Source: Lingula anatina | Lineage: Eukaryota; Animalia; Brachiopoda | Reading direction: 5' to 3' | DNA length: 64,000 nt | Assembly (NCBI GenBank): GCA_051362555.1 | Contig: CM120640.1 | Coordinates: 3,100,001-3,164,000, forward strand | In this document: positions 35,091 to 49,684 of the stretch, piece by piece | Layout: every line of letters begins with the position of its first letter | Position numbering within the stretch: the first letter of the stretch is position 1 | Notes under the pieces: model-generated | The model's database searches: none | What the model was told of the DNA's origin: nothing | Seen by the model: the letters and a program-made list of their open reading frames with translations, nothing else | Position numbers and translations under genes: made by a program

Positions 35091-38000
35091 TTACAAATAG
35101 CCTGGGCAAAATTGGTATACCAGTCTCTTGGAGTGTTCAGTTTTCCTAATAATTCTTTTCTTGTAATACTGACGAATAGATCTGCTAAGTTTGTCGTAGT
35201 TCATTGCTGGTCTGTTCTTGCGTTTCCCCCACAGACGCGCTACCTTGACGGAATCCTCAATCTTAAAAATACCTGCAAATAGAATTTTTAAAAATGCATC
35301 GTTACTTCGGGAACCATTTTAAGTGTTTGCGTCTTGTTTTAAATCTGAACATGTACCTTTTTTCGTGTTAAAAAACCCAAATTTACACTTTTTCTACATA
35401 AAAAACTCTAACAAAACTAAAGAACTACAAGACAATGTCAACCCGTTTACCTTTTGATCGGTCCACCCATCTTATGCAGTTGCCATAGCAACCAGGCTCC
35501 ATGAGCAACTCTTTCAAAAACTGCCACAAATGAATGGTGTGTCTGCCGCTAGAGGTCGTTTCAACGCCTTTATCTGAAATTAGCAGAAGTTGATTTATCA
35601 AGTCACGTCATGACAGGAAACGCGTGGTTACGAGTGATACTCATTATACTGACTTGCAATATTTCACCACCGTCGCTAGAGGTGATATATCCATTTTAAG
35701 CAATTTTACTTCCTCATGTCTTTCACTTTAATCGTGGTATGTGAGCGAGCTCCCTGCGTGCCTGAAACAATTGTCCCAGGGTTCGTTCTCAATATCGTGA
35801 TTCATCGTAAAACGATCCTATGTGCTTGTCTTTGCAACAGTCACGAGTCCGAGTCAAGAGTCCAATAAAATTAATTTTACAAACAGCTGACTTCATAGTT
35901 CAATCCCCCTGGAGAGTGGGTGGATTGTTTTTATGATTTTTTTCTGGTGGGAGACATTCTTTAAAGATAGGTAAATTAATTTTCGGTTGTTAATCACCAA
36001 GACAAGTCACCAATTATACGCTTTGTTCTTCTCTGCTTTTTTACATACCTGAGGAAAATCCCACATCAGTGGAGCAGTATGAGCTGCCATGGCTGTCCAG
36101 GCTGTCCTCGCTTGGGTGGGGAGACACCGTATGGCGTTCGGGGACACTACCCAGGAACGGATCCTGGGAAGTGGACTGCATAGTACCAAAATCTGTCACC
36201 AGAGGGCCACAGTAGCTGGGATAATAAGAAGGGGACAGAGATGCCGTGCTTGAGCTCGACGACATATTGCACTTGAAAGCTGAAATTAAAGAGAGAAACA
36301 TTTATGCTTTTGGAAAAATGCTATGTCCAATTCTTAATGGGGAGGTTGAACTATATGCAACACTTGATGGTAGTAGAAAAAACGAAGCAAATAAAAAAAA
36401 TATTGTAAGCAATTGATTAATACAGTTATATGTATACATACCATTTTTCCATATTTCTAACTGAGCGTATAGGGTTGGTCCCGCTTGGGGGGAATGTCTG
36501 GCGAAGTCGGCCTCTGTCATGGCTTGTAACGTGCTCCCTGGCAACCGAAAACTCTCCGCGTGATACGAGAGGAGATTGTACTGCTTCAGCGTCCACACTG
36601 CCCACTTCTGAACATTATCTACCGTCCAGCATGATGGGTCTGCAGAAAACAATGAATATTATTTTTAGACTTTTTCACTTTGGTTAACAATGTGTTTATC
36701 ATTATAACTGTACAGAAATATGATATCTTAAAACACGAGTCACGCGCCTAATGTTATTGCTGGCTTATCTCTGCTCTTGTTTGAGAACAAAAGTTTATTT
36801 AATGAAACCGAAGAGAAGCTGCGGTAAGGGTCTCAGATAAATTTGTTTATCTCTTCGCTTCACGCGTGTGAATGGCAAGGTCAAATTTACAAGGCCAGGG
36901 TTGCTTTCTTGAAAAGAAAATTGAAATTGAAAGAGTTTTTATTCCTTAGGGTGTCAAGTTCATGTCAATTTTTTTTTTTTTTTTTTTTTTGTCTCAGCCC
37001 CGGTAGACTTGGCGGTTAGCCAAAATACACCATGTCTGCATGGCAATGAGGGCTGCCTGTATTCTACGCCTCAGTAACAGTAAACCACACATTTGGCACA
37101 TAATGATACAGTGAATTGTCATAAGAAGTGATATGGAGTGGAGAACACCTGAATATTTAGCTGGCGGGCTTGTTTACCGACCTAGATAAAAGTTTATAAA
37201 AAAAATCACTGCCTGTAGTGCTGCCTGCATGTTTTCTACGCAGTTACAGATACAAAATAGGTATTCTCAATAAATTCTCTTGAAATAAAGAAAAAATGTC
37301 TTACCTTCAGGTATATCTAAGATTTTGCAGGCGAATTCAATGTCTTTACTGACTTGCTCAAACACCATCGATTCCATTCTTTGCAGCTGAAATTTCTCGT
37401 CTGCTGCGATGTCGTCTGTTGTGTTGTAGTATTGCACTTCTGTTTTAACTTTCACGTTAGTGTTAAGATACAAGGAGGACTCGTCATAGAAAGTTACTTC
37501 ATCACCCTGGAGAGGCTGGTCCAGGTCCAAAAGATTGCTCTCCTCCAACTGGAATGCACTGTATTCGGAATCATTTGGAATTTCTACTTTTATGCACCTT
37601 TTTGCTTCATTGTTTATGCGAATGTCATTGAAAAGGCAGTCAATGTCAGGGAGCACCTGTCTACTGTCCACAGACATTGGTTCTTCATTCATATAGGGTA
37701 AATCTGGGATCAGCCCGCTGGTGTTGCGTTCCGTAACTTTCGGACTTGATTGTAACAGGTTGAACAATGCAGATGATGGAACCTGGAGCGATATAAAACC
37801 AATTAGTTTATTTTTGTGATTTACAGAAATACGATCATTCAATGTGGAAATTGCACATTTGTTTTATCATAATAGAGCAATTAGCTTAGTTCCGTTGCAT
37901 ATTACACTGATAATGTTTTCTGGAAAGCGCTGATCAACCTTCAAAACGATTCGTTACGCTGTCCACAAAAACCCCTTTTGTAGTCTCTGCAACTGTCAGC

Positions 38001-38252
38001 GACAGATACTAAGTGTGCTAAATTAAGCCACAGAATAAATTATATATTTAAAAACAACTTAAAACAGATCTAGTAGGTATTAAAAATTCAATAACCGTTG
38101 TGGAGACTGGAAGTCGAAATACAAAGGAGAACGGAAAGTCCTAAGGACATAGACTATATGCAGCTATGATGCATCATGAACCTCCAATGCAAATAGTGTA
38201 AATCAAAACAGTGGTATACTGCACCTACCTTCTGGTCCTCGTTAGTCACCAT
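35091..38252 (-). CDS. SPDEF: SAM-pointed domain ETS transcription factor (SPDEF/PDEF, Ets98B orthologue)
   Basis: Exons 38252-38229 (start uncertain), 37782-37305, 36639-36442 (PNT: [13 protein letters not shown]..), 36279-36049, 35573-35451 ([11 protein letters not shown]), 35272-35091 ([38 protein letters not shown], typical of SPDEF). Phases consistent. Confidence 0.92.
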
Positions 38253-39615
38253 TCTCACTTTGCTGTGGTATCTACTTAACTTGTGAACTTCACAATCTGT
38301 AAAATGAAAAGACCTTGAGCGTGAGTCTTTATATGCAGGCTTCTATAATCAATAAAAAAGTGTTAACGGTGGACACTGCCTACAAGTAGCCAATCACGTT
38401 TCGCTGGAGATTCATAAAAATAGTTTTCCCTGTCAACAGTCTGAAAAACAAGTCTGCTATTGACTTAGGCTATGTTGTTCAGTGACTTATTTATTTGGGT
38501 CTTTGGGCCTAGAAAAGGGTTGATCATGATGAACGCGGAAGGGAGTGGGTGAGTACACAGTGTACTTATCACTACGATAAACAATAATTGGTACCGGTGT
38601 AGTTCTATATATAGAACTTTTGTTTACTAAAAATAAACTGCGCAGTTCATGCCTCGGTAACTCTGTCACCTGTCTTGTTGTCTATGGCCCTAGCTATCCA
38701 ACTGGTGACAAACGCAAAATCATTATGAAAATAACTTTGTGTTCGCGGCTGTATAAGTATAGAATGTCAACTGGCCCACAATTTAGACACGGGCATCTCA
38801 ACCGCAATTGGGTCATTGTAACATAGTCGGAAATGACGTCATGTCACCTCACCTGTCCTTTTGATGAAATTCTCCGAACTACAGTGAATACCTCGGTTAA
38901 AGGTGTGGTAAGGGACAAGATTTACCTGGGCTAGAGGGAAAATAACAAGTGCTATGACTGTTATGTTTAATGAAGTAGCGGTTACGATGACTATATAGCG
39001 GATAACAATCAGTAAGGATGAGTTTGGTGACAGTCCTACTGCACAAGGTGGGACATTCTGGTCTGAGAGAGTGGATCGGTTTGGAAAAACGATAACGATT
39101 TTATATGAATTTGCTCCCCTATAGTAAAACCACACGCACGTGAATAAAATGCCATTGCGAAATAAGTTGCACACTGTGCAACCCAGCAAGTTTCACAACA
39201 CCACTTTCATCACTTTAACTCAAGGCTAAATGGCTTCACTTGAATACTAGAACCTAGCGTGCGTATGCGGGTCACCCGCTATCAGTCGTGATGCAGACAA
39301 GTCAATATTAAGACAGAAGCAATTTTAAATGCAAATATTACAGATAAGAAACGACTCATTGATAAATGCCCAAGGTTGTAGTGACGCATGCCGTGTCCCT
39401 GTCCCAGTACTGTTGTGTTTGCACACAGTTCCCTTATCATCTTGTTGACTTACGCTGTGTATTGTCATTACTGATATGACGTGCAAAGCTTTACCAACGA
39501 TTACAACGAACAAACGAATGCAGTGCTTTTGTACTTAGGTCGACTGACGATTTAGTGTATTTTTCATAATTCGGAAATACAAATAAATAAGTTGCAGTAA
39601 GCTGAAATCACTCAC

Positions 39616-39697
39616 CTTAATCGCACACGCTTTCTCCTGCTCCTTTCAGCACTGAGAAACAAGTAAGCCATAACAAACGTGTCTCGATATTTATATA
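39616..39697 (-). promoter_or_regulatory. Candidate TATA box and non-coding first exon of SPDEF
   Basis: TATATAAA at ~39697-39690 followed ~75 nt later by a strong donor AAG|GTGAGT. Confidence 0.4.
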
Positions 39698-42600
39698 GTC
39701 TGATTCACGAGTTCTGCGAAATCAACTACCAGTTGTAGCGGGTTTTCCGAATTCTATTTCTGTCATGCAAATGAAGGAGATTCCGCTGCGGTCACTGGGG
39801 TAACTCATGACGAAGAGGTTCGTAAGGATAACAGGACTTACACTGCAGCAAAAGTGGTTGGAGTCTGTGTGGAGGATGGAACATCCAGTTGAGCCCAGCC
39901 AATATCGGTCCGTACACATCTCGTGTAAAAATGATATTAAGCTCAAATAATACAGAAGAACATAACATTTAGACGAGATATCTTCCCTTCGTGCTGCATA
40001 GCTAATGTTTCCCTTCGACTTCAACCCGACGTAAAATAAAACCTATTATATTGTTTTGTATTACTATATACTTTTCATAAGCATTTTAATAAATATTAAG
40101 ATATAAAAGGTAACGACTGCTTCAAAAAGGTGTTGGAAATGGGTTGCGCGCCCACCCCTGGATCTCCCAATGTTATTGTCAGAAATAAATTCTTTTATAT
40201 TTCTCTTTTATACATGATAAGCAATTTCATATTACACACTTCGATTTGAAATTTCAGTTAAAAACCCTTTCGAGCCCCTAATCCGACCTGTCATTCATAA
40301 TTATCCCGCTGGGCTGACTGTTGTCATTCTCGTTATCGTGCCTAGCACAGGCTTCGTGGAATTTAACCGAGGGGCCGTAACCTCGCGTGTTCTCGCTTCT
40401 GATTGGCTTGACGTCACGGGAATCAGGATAAACAACTCGGTTCTACGAAGGCAAGATATTTGATGACACTAAACTGGTTTTAAGCCCATAAGCTACCAGC
40501 GGCGCTGTTTATAGACAGGTGTTATGTAATTTTGTGGTTGAATATGCTGAGTATGTGAAGTGGAGGTCAAAAAGGTGTTGCGAAATTATACCGTTGGAAA
40601 TAAGAAAAGAAATTTAAACACAAACCTCTTCACTTCTCTCAAAATATCTGCTGAAAGAATACCATGCATATATTGCATAGCAGTAGTAACTTGGCTTAAA
40701 AATGTCTTTAGTAAGTTAGTAGTCATACATTTTATAATACTCACTTATATTTCTATTGTAATTTTATTTACCAGGTACTTGTAGATGCATACGTTACAAT
40801 TTAATAAACTATATATATAATGATTTATCTTACTGGTGACTGCGAAGGTGACTGATTGAGCGCTTCATTCAAGCCAGCCAGCGTTTTTGCACCAACAAGA
40901 GTATGCAGTGGACTGGCGACGCTCTAACTCGTTGTAAAAAGTACAATTAAATTAACTTCTCCAAATTCAAAATTAATATTTCTTCGAAACCTGAACAATT
41001 TCTTCACGATGACGGAGAATTGACTTAGTTTTCGCTTCCGTACTGTTACTTATACTGGTTTCCGCATTTCAGCGGAAACATAATACGGCCTTCCTGTCGC
41101 TACCATACAACTGAACGCAAACAGCTGATGGCAGCTTATATCAAACAGCAAACCTTACAACAAACTGACAAAGCTGTGGTTTTCAGCTTTTGTCTTGTCA
41201 CTATAGTTTTATCCATAATAATAAACTTCTATGAGCATCACCGGTGAAAAGCATTAAAACCCATCACTACGTATTTTGAGCACTCGTTGTACAGGTGTAC
41301 ATATTTATAATGATATTGCACACGGCTGTGTGTTATCCACTCTACTCTTAAACCAAGGGAGACTACCCATATGGAAAGATTAATGACTTGATGCACATTC
41401 TTCATGAACGTCACTTCTGAAGACATATGATAATGAGTATTATGACGTCCAAGTTTATAAATAAATACGACGCTCTCAAGAAGATGACCCAGATGATCAG
41501 CTGGCATGCGGCATATTTCAACTATTCCGTCGGTAGCTTTACAAAAAGGTCCATCCATATTCCGATGGGGAAAGTCGCCGAATTTCAAGGATTGGTGACT
41601 TGATGTTTTCTTTATATATATACAAGCATTTAATTCAATATGCCACCAAGCAATTGTGGAAATGTTCCAGTTATTTCTTATTTTTCTTTCGTAATACAAA
41701 TATGCCTGAAGGTGATGTACTCTCCAGAATGCATGAAATTGATGATTAAACAATATTCAACCCACGTCGTTACCACGAGAAAAGTTGTCTCTCTCTCCCT
41801 CCCGACCCCCCCCCCCCCCCTCCACCCACCGCTAAACCTACACTTATATTTTCCACCAAGTGCTTTTAGAACTTTTGGCTTTCAATACATTTTACTTGAC
41901 GGATTTGTAACTTTAATATAAGGTAATACTTCAGTGAAAATGACAACCAAACAATGAGACCAGTGAGAAGGCTGTCAGACAAGTACCCCTTACGACGTTC
42001 TTCTTAGAGAGTGCAGTCACGCGCTTTCCAATGTGATGAAGGAAAGGGCTTAAGCGAAAAAAGAAAAACAATGACGAAAAGAAACTCAATTCTATGAACA
42101 ATAAACCTATCCAAGGAACCAATATTTTTATACACGGGACCAAAGATGCACACACACACTTTATACGTTAGAATAATGAAAAGAATTTAGTGCAGCCTTA
42201 TGCTACGCCGTGTCTAACTGTAAGTTTGTTAAAAAATATTCTTCGGAGCATTGGTTTTGCACACGACCAAGATTTACATCTGGTCAGCACGCTTTCAGAG
42301 TTCACCCAGCGTGAAGATTCCATAACCGTGGGAGAATTAGCCACGGTCCTAACACTAACTGGTTGAGATCTAAAGTTTGGAATATTAAAAAGGTTTTTCA
42401 CATACTTACTTTCAAGACTACGGCCCCAAATTGCTTTTGACGCAACTCACATATTTTTTTGTGTGTTCCGGGTATATAGATAATAAGCCCAAGGTTCGAC
42501 CATAGTGAAAAAAACTTCTGAATGAAAGATATTGGAAATTGTTACTCTTGAATTTGGTTGTTTAGAAAAAAGGAATTAAAAAACCTCTTGCTACCTCTTT

Positions 42601-45600
42601 TTTTAAATCTTTTTCTTGCTACGTGAAAAATAAAATCAATAGAACTCCCTATATAGGTTAAATATAAACTTATTCTTGCAAAAGATCTTCTTAACGTCTC
42701 ACGTCAACAAAAGTAAAGCGAACATTCCTGACGACCTAAATGTAAACTAAGAACGCTGTCCGATAGGAAGTAGACGACTTGTGAAACCAGAAGGCTGAAA
42801 GCGTAGCACTGCCACGTGGCTCCAACTTCAGGGAACACTTCCTAGTTACCAGATTTTTGTTGTTTCTTGCAGAAAAGGGCCTTTCACTTCCCTGCTTGGT
42901 AATTGGCACTGCCTGTAAACAGTGTTTTTGAGGACACGAAGGATTGCCTCTGCTTTTAACCAATGAAAAATAGGGGACTGATTTGGTCTTTTTTTTTTAT
43001 CTAATTACTAAATTTGTTTGTTTTTACATTGAGTTAACACATATGAGAAAACAAGTGTCATGGTCCTTCTTGTCAACTCTAGGTGCAGCTCTGTTAAGGT
43101 CATGCAATTGTAAGTCATTTCATATCATAGCGATATAAGAGAGGGGGGGGGGAGGGAAGGGGGGCTAAGGTCCTACTTCAACTTCTTTATTTAAGTATTG
43201 CTAATCCTTTATCAGTAAAGCTTTATCGACGTATTTGTTCCTGTGTGTTTTATTTGGCCGGTGATTGTTTATTCCGGTTGCCCAATGATAATGAAGTGCC
43301 CATTATCAACAGTGCCTCTTCCACGAACTGAGGATATGATGTTATACAACTGTATATGGTGTCACTTGTCGTGACGGCTTCCATCAGCCCTTGAGTCTGC
43401 GTCGCAGAAGATGGCGTACGGGAGTGCAACAGATCACGCGATAAGACGTATGAAATGTAATGCCAGTTTTTTTTGGGATGGGGGAGGATTAAGCTCGATC
43501 GATCAGGGATTGTTCTCGTTGGTATCACAAAAAAAAAGGCAAAGAAAGAAAGAGAAAGAAAGAAAAAACACTGAGTTCCTCGATACAATTCAGTATTTCT
43601 CGTACAAAGTTCAAAACTCCCAAGTACAAAAACTTTGATAACAAATTTTATGTTTACCGACAAATAAATGAATGAGCTTTTATTTCATGAGAGATTGCGT
43701 TACGACTTCGTAAGTCTGGTTAGTCTTGATATGAGCCACCGATTTGGCCGCCTCCGAAATCAGCATAAATGTGTTTATCAAAAAAACCTAGAGGGTTGTG
43801 GGACCCTAATACACCTTAAATATTTTGATGATCTGACACAGTTAAACATTAATATAAATTCTTGTTTTTTTTCTCATTTTGAATTAACTTTTGGTGACCC
43901 TAGACCGGTTAAAACAAAATAGACTTGGCTGTTTTGGAGGCCCAGACCCTTTGAAAACTGTTGAAAAACGTGATGAAGTTTGAATGTAAAAACCATGCTT
44001 AAAACTACCCCCTCCAAACTTCTTGTGGCTTGCTTGTCGATTTTTGGTCCCAAAAATCATGCCTTTCTAAGGATGTTTGTGCGAGAGGGTGCCCCCCTTT
44101 GGAAATGCCTCTAAAATTGCTGTAATTTGGGGCAATCTGCATTAACTCTGCTTCTGCTAGGAAACATGCTTCTGTGGTACACTCTATCAAAGGCCGCAAT
44201 AATGTTCTAGTTTGTTTTTTTTTTTTATGGAAAGAGTGGCGGCTTTTTTTTTTTTTTTTTTTTGGAGAGCTCTTCCCCTCTCCAAATCTGCCACTGGACC
44301 GAGTTTTTGAAAACTCTCGAAAATACTTGACCATAGCTTATTCATGAAATACTTGACTATCTTATTTGTGAAATTTATGACCAACCTCACCATCCCTATA
44401 TCCATTTTGATGACCTCCATGTTGCGAAATCTGCCACAAACATTGAGCTAATATTTCAAAGAAATTAATAACAGATGATGTGCGTATTAAGTGTCATAGC
44501 AGCCGTACAATGGTCAGTGATTTCACAATGCACTGCTTGAACACACTTTCACTGGAGATTTCGCCGGGGGCACTTGCGGTGGACCACAATTACGCGAAGT
44601 TTGCGGTTGGCCAGTTATTTAAGCCACAAGGAAAAGCCAGAATCACCCGCGCCTTTTACGGCATGCTATTTTTAACACTGGGAATACCACGGGATTTCCC
44701 GTGCACAGATCGGAAAAATCTCCTTAGTAACTTTGTGGTTTATATACTAAAAAATCTTCAACATTGCGTGAGATTAGCCCCAAATAAGCCAAAGTTTTTT
44801 AGCCTTTTCAATATATATTTTTTAACATCTTTTTTTTTTAAACCGAAAGTATTGGTCCAAATGGCTCTGAAATTTTCAACAAATGGATCCTTTGTTGATC
44901 ATTTTTCTTGGAAGCGGGTTCCTTTGAACACATACAAATAAAAATGTATAAATGTTTTGAATTATTTCTCGTTTTTTTTTTTTTTTTTTTTTTTTTTCAC
45001 TGTCGTGTGCTGTGTGCCTATTTCTATAACCTAGTCAGCTGCTTATTTTGCCTGGAAGTCGTTTTGCGCGTGAAACGCGCCAAGAACATTCAGCATCAAA
45101 TTTAAACCGACTATTACAAGACCGTCGGTTTTGTTTTCATAAAAGAAAATCGTGTTTCGCATTTCAGAATTCATATTATGGTTTGTTTCACCACGATCAT
45201 GTTAAATGCTGTCACTGTAACAAAGATAATGGTTATCAACATCTATTTTTTTTTGTCCATTTTTACTTTCCTTGGTGATAAAACTTTGCTACGAATTCAC
45301 AGAGAGGACGCGGTAGGATTGACTATACTTGTAGCAACCGATAAAAACGCAGAGCACGATACATTCTGTTGTCTGCTCATTCCCCCAAATTGTGGTCTTT
45401 AAAAAGTTGATAAATAACAATTTTCCAGACATGCAATGTTAATGAGAGTGACTATATATTCCCAACAAATTACGTACTGCAATGTAACCCAAAATATGAA
45501 TTTTTTTTTACCGTAATTCGGTTTGAATACATGTATTGCGCTGATCTGTCAGTGCTAAATTAAAAAAAAAACTAGAAAAAAAAGACAATAATGGCAAATC

Positions 45601-46655
45601 AAAACACTGAATTTTGTCCTCGTGTTACGGTTTCTCGTTTTTGACACTGTGCTTGCAAACTTTCAAGGACAAATCCACGTTACTTTTTATAAGTAACCTT
45701 GTGTAATCGCGCATTATTGCTGCCAGAAGTTTTTTTTTATTTCTGATCATATCGTTGAACCAAACATCTTAACAGGAGGGTGCCTTTGGGCCCTATTAAA
45801 ATTAAATTTAAAAACTTGGAAATCCGCTGGGAAAAATCACATTTGTAAGTTTTTTTTTTTTTTTTTTTTTGCAATTCCTATTTTTCAATCATTTCTATGG
45901 TGAGTGTCCCCATTTCAACCGACAGTAGCAGACCAAATACCAGGCAAACAAATCCAGGATTAACTGCATCAATCTCTCATTCATCTCCTCAACAATTACC
46001 TCATACAGAGTATATGCCTCAAAGCTTTAATGAAATACATTTTAAAAATTTATATTAATTACGTAGAAGCGCACTTATAATTAACTGTCAATAAATGGGA
46101 AATAGCTGCTTTCCAGTTCATAAACTGAGCAGTACAATTATCCTGCAATGGAGGTTGCTCTGTTATTTGTAAGTCACATTTTAGTGATCTATAAATCATC
46201 ATTCATCATTGTCTATGAAAATTTAGTAAAAAAAAGGTAAATGAAGCGAAGTTTGAACTAGTACCATCAATGCATATACACTGGGATATGTACCATATGT
46301 AAAGATTATACTACCATCGTTGATTTCACAATTTCCTCTCCTTTACCCCGTTGAATATATATGGTTACACAGAATATATGATAATGTATACAAGTAGCCA
46401 GAATATTTATGCAAACTGAATAATGTTCACAAACAGATACAAAAAATGTAGAATGTTTCTTGGAAGGGTTGGCTAAAAGGTTTATTGCACCATAGTGCTT
46501 GGGATAACATGGATGAATAATTACTTTTCTTTTACATGTAAGTAGCTAAAAAGATATAAAGTGCACCTCCTCTCAACTAATGGCTGTTTTTACCAGGCCC
46601 TTTCAACTGTTATGTTAATCAGGCAGCCACATATATTTTATTTAATGTCACGTTC

Positions 46656-46823
46656 CAGGGGCGGATTTAGGCCGTCTTCTGGGTCTTCCAGAAGACGGTC
46701 AGATTTTCAAGTTTACATTGACGGGTATCCAATTTTTAATGTTGGAAGACGGTCAAAATTGGAGGATGAATCAACAAAGATAATTTGGAAGACTGTCAGT
46801 ATATAGCTCTGGATCCGCCCCTG
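46656..46823. mobile_element. MITE of CAGGGGCGGAT family (copy 2)
   Basis: Homologous to 2773-2941. Flanks CGTTC/CATTC (5-bp TSD, one mismatch). Confidence 0.85.
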
Positions 46824-46877
46824 CATTCATCATCGAACTAACTTTCTCTTCTTGGAAATGACACTATAGTAACAAAC

Positions 46878-47062
46878 ACTGTCTGGGGTAGCGCTAGCAA
46901 TTTTTTTTTTGCTTAGCCAAATCACCACATTTTTTTCAATTTGTAATCAAAATGGTTATAATCTGGCTTAAACATATCAAATCAAGCCCTTTTTCTTTAG
47001 CCATTTTAAGTCAGTTTTAGCATTTGGCTAAATTGGCGAGTGTCAGCGCTACCCCAGACAGT
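46878..47062. mobile_element. MITE with 18-bp perfect TIR
   Basis: ACTGTCTGGGGTAGCGCT / AGCGCTACCCCAGACAGT. TSD not clear. Confidence 0.7.
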
Positions 47063-48034
47063 CTTGCTAATCTGACGTGATGCTTAACATCACTGTAGAT
47101 CTACCACCCAAATGTAACAGATAATTAGTATGCTGAGGACAGTGCTCAATCCACATTTTTGCTAGTTCAAAAATTACATTCACAACAGAGCATAACTTAC
47201 TCCATAGCAACTGCATGGTGGCAGAAACAGAGGAATTTAGGTATTGCACAGATGTCCCTTAAACTATGAAAATGGCAGAAAAATGTTCACTTCAATATAT
47301 ATATATATATATATATACTCATCATATGGAATTATTTTTTAAAAGACATCATTACAATGGAAATGCATGGCAAGAAGTAATGTTTGAGCAGATAACAAAA
47401 GACAGAAAATCCTCATGTAAATTCTGCTTTCCTTCACAGTACCAACTTGATAATTTTCTTACATGTGTGCTTCAAGAAGCATATTTACATTCAAGACTCA
47501 TTTTTTTTTTCTGAACAAATCTCCTGCACTCACTTGTTAATGTTTGAGGCCACAAAACAGTACGTAATTACTTGATCTTTTCAATTGGCAAAAATTACCA
47601 AATTTTCAGATACATAATGTTACAATCACAAAATAATATTTTTTTATAGCATTTGTGATACTTAAACTGCATAGAATAGAACTAAAGAGTAGCCTGCTTT
47701 TTTAATTTTGTTGCTACCACTCAATAGGAATGTTCTAATTTGCAGAAATTAAGAACTAAAAATATAATACCTGTAAAATTCACAATTTACCAATTGAAAA
47801 GAATGAGTTACATCTGGAATTAGAAAAATAGATATCATGTATAAAATGATATATATTAAATAGAGGTCAACCTAGCTATTTGTGAGCTGCTGTTACTGAC
47901 CATGCTATAAACTGGCAATTTATCTTCCATCAATTATGTACACGTTCCCTGATGACCACTAAGTAGATCTGGGATAAAACTAAAAAAAAAAAGATCTTCT
48001 GATAATAATAAAATCAGTCTTCTCTTTATCCACC

Positions 48035-49647
48035 TTATATCAGAAGCTGTGTGGTCTCATCTGGACTTCTCCTTATATTCACTGGTTCTTCGTCCAAGTG
48101 TGACACCTGTAAATGGACCACAATGCCGAGGTCCACTTTCTGAAAGTCTCGTATGTACGTGAAGAAGTAGAGCAGGAATGCAATGGACATACACCACTCT
48201 GCAATGGTGCTCACCACATGAGGTGCGTAGCCCTGGAGAGAACGAGAAAAAAAATATATATATATATCTTCATCTAGAGAATCGGTCACAATCTCTAATA
48301 ACATTCTAGGACTTCTTTCACTAATTACTGAATATTTATTGTATCTCATGCAATTACATTGCTAATTAGGGCTCATTCCCAATGAAACTTACCATTCTAC
48401 GTAGATGGATCCAACTCTGCGGGGACTCACGCTGAATGCAGTCAGTTAAAAAGATTATCAAGCCTCCATTTGTTCCCACCATATACTTGTATGGTTACCA
48501 ACTTTTCTGAATTCTACTCAATGCCAGGAGGAGATGTGTTAATCTGTTCATCTGATTGCATTCAGCCAGAGTCCTTGTGGAGTTGGATCCATCTATGTAG
48601 AATGATACTTTCATTGGAAATGAGCCCTTAAACTTGGAGATAGAGAGAGGCAAGGCAACTGACTGACTGACTGACTGTTCATCATATGCTAATGCTAAAC
48701 TCCATCTTCACAATTAACAGAGTTGACCAAAATTATCTTTCAGGAGTGCCTGTCAGGCAGCCACAACCAAAATGCCAGTTGTGGTGTATATAATCTGTTT
48801 TAGTAATCTTAGTAAAGGATCAGAAAATATAACTTTATTTATCATTTAAATAATATGAATAAAAAGATAAAACTGCAGTGGAAAAAATATTTTTGGTAGG
48901 GGAAGGTGGGGAGAGGAGATTGTTAGATTCCCATTTGGCATTACAGAAAAATGTGTTTGGTTAAGAAATGGGTCTAACTTTTTCTCCATTTAGTGATGTG
49001 TTGTATTCAGTTAAACATTGTTTATGTGTGTGTGTATATGTGTGTGTGTATAGAAAGTTTTACAATCACACATAAATCACAAGAAATATAAAATTGCTCA
49101 TTTCCTGTGAAGAAGGCAATTTTGGCAATAAACCCCCCCATGTGTTTCATGCCTGCCTACACAGGTAAAATTGGCACATTAACACATGACATCATTACGC
49201 TGAGATGTGGGAAGTCATGAGAGTAAAGCATGTAATGTTCACATAAAAATTCTGTCAAAGCTGCACTCTCAAAATAAAGTCAGCACATTTTATAAACTTA
49301 GACATTTTGGAACTGGAAATTGGTTTTAAAAATCCACTTAGGATATGTTCATACCAACTTCAGTTGACACCTAATATAAAAAACGGGTGAAGAAATCAGT
49401 GGCATGATACTGATCTGTGCACGACAAGCAATGTTATCAGGAGTCTAAAGAAAGAGAAGGAAGGTCAGCTGTACTTTTAAAGCACCAGACACAGGTTCTT
49501 TCTTTTGTTCAGTTGCAAACTCCCTACACACACATGCACACACACACACACACAGACATGTAAACACACACACACTCACATACACACATTCTTATGCTCA
49601 GATGCTCACACACACATGCACACTTACACACTAACACATGCGCACAT

Positions 49648-49684
<37 letters not shown>

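Noticed and set aside
41238-44941. ORFs of 137-171 aa between SPDEF and DRAM
   Set aside because: No recognisable domain or splice-consistent structure. Likely intergenic or old repeat sequence.
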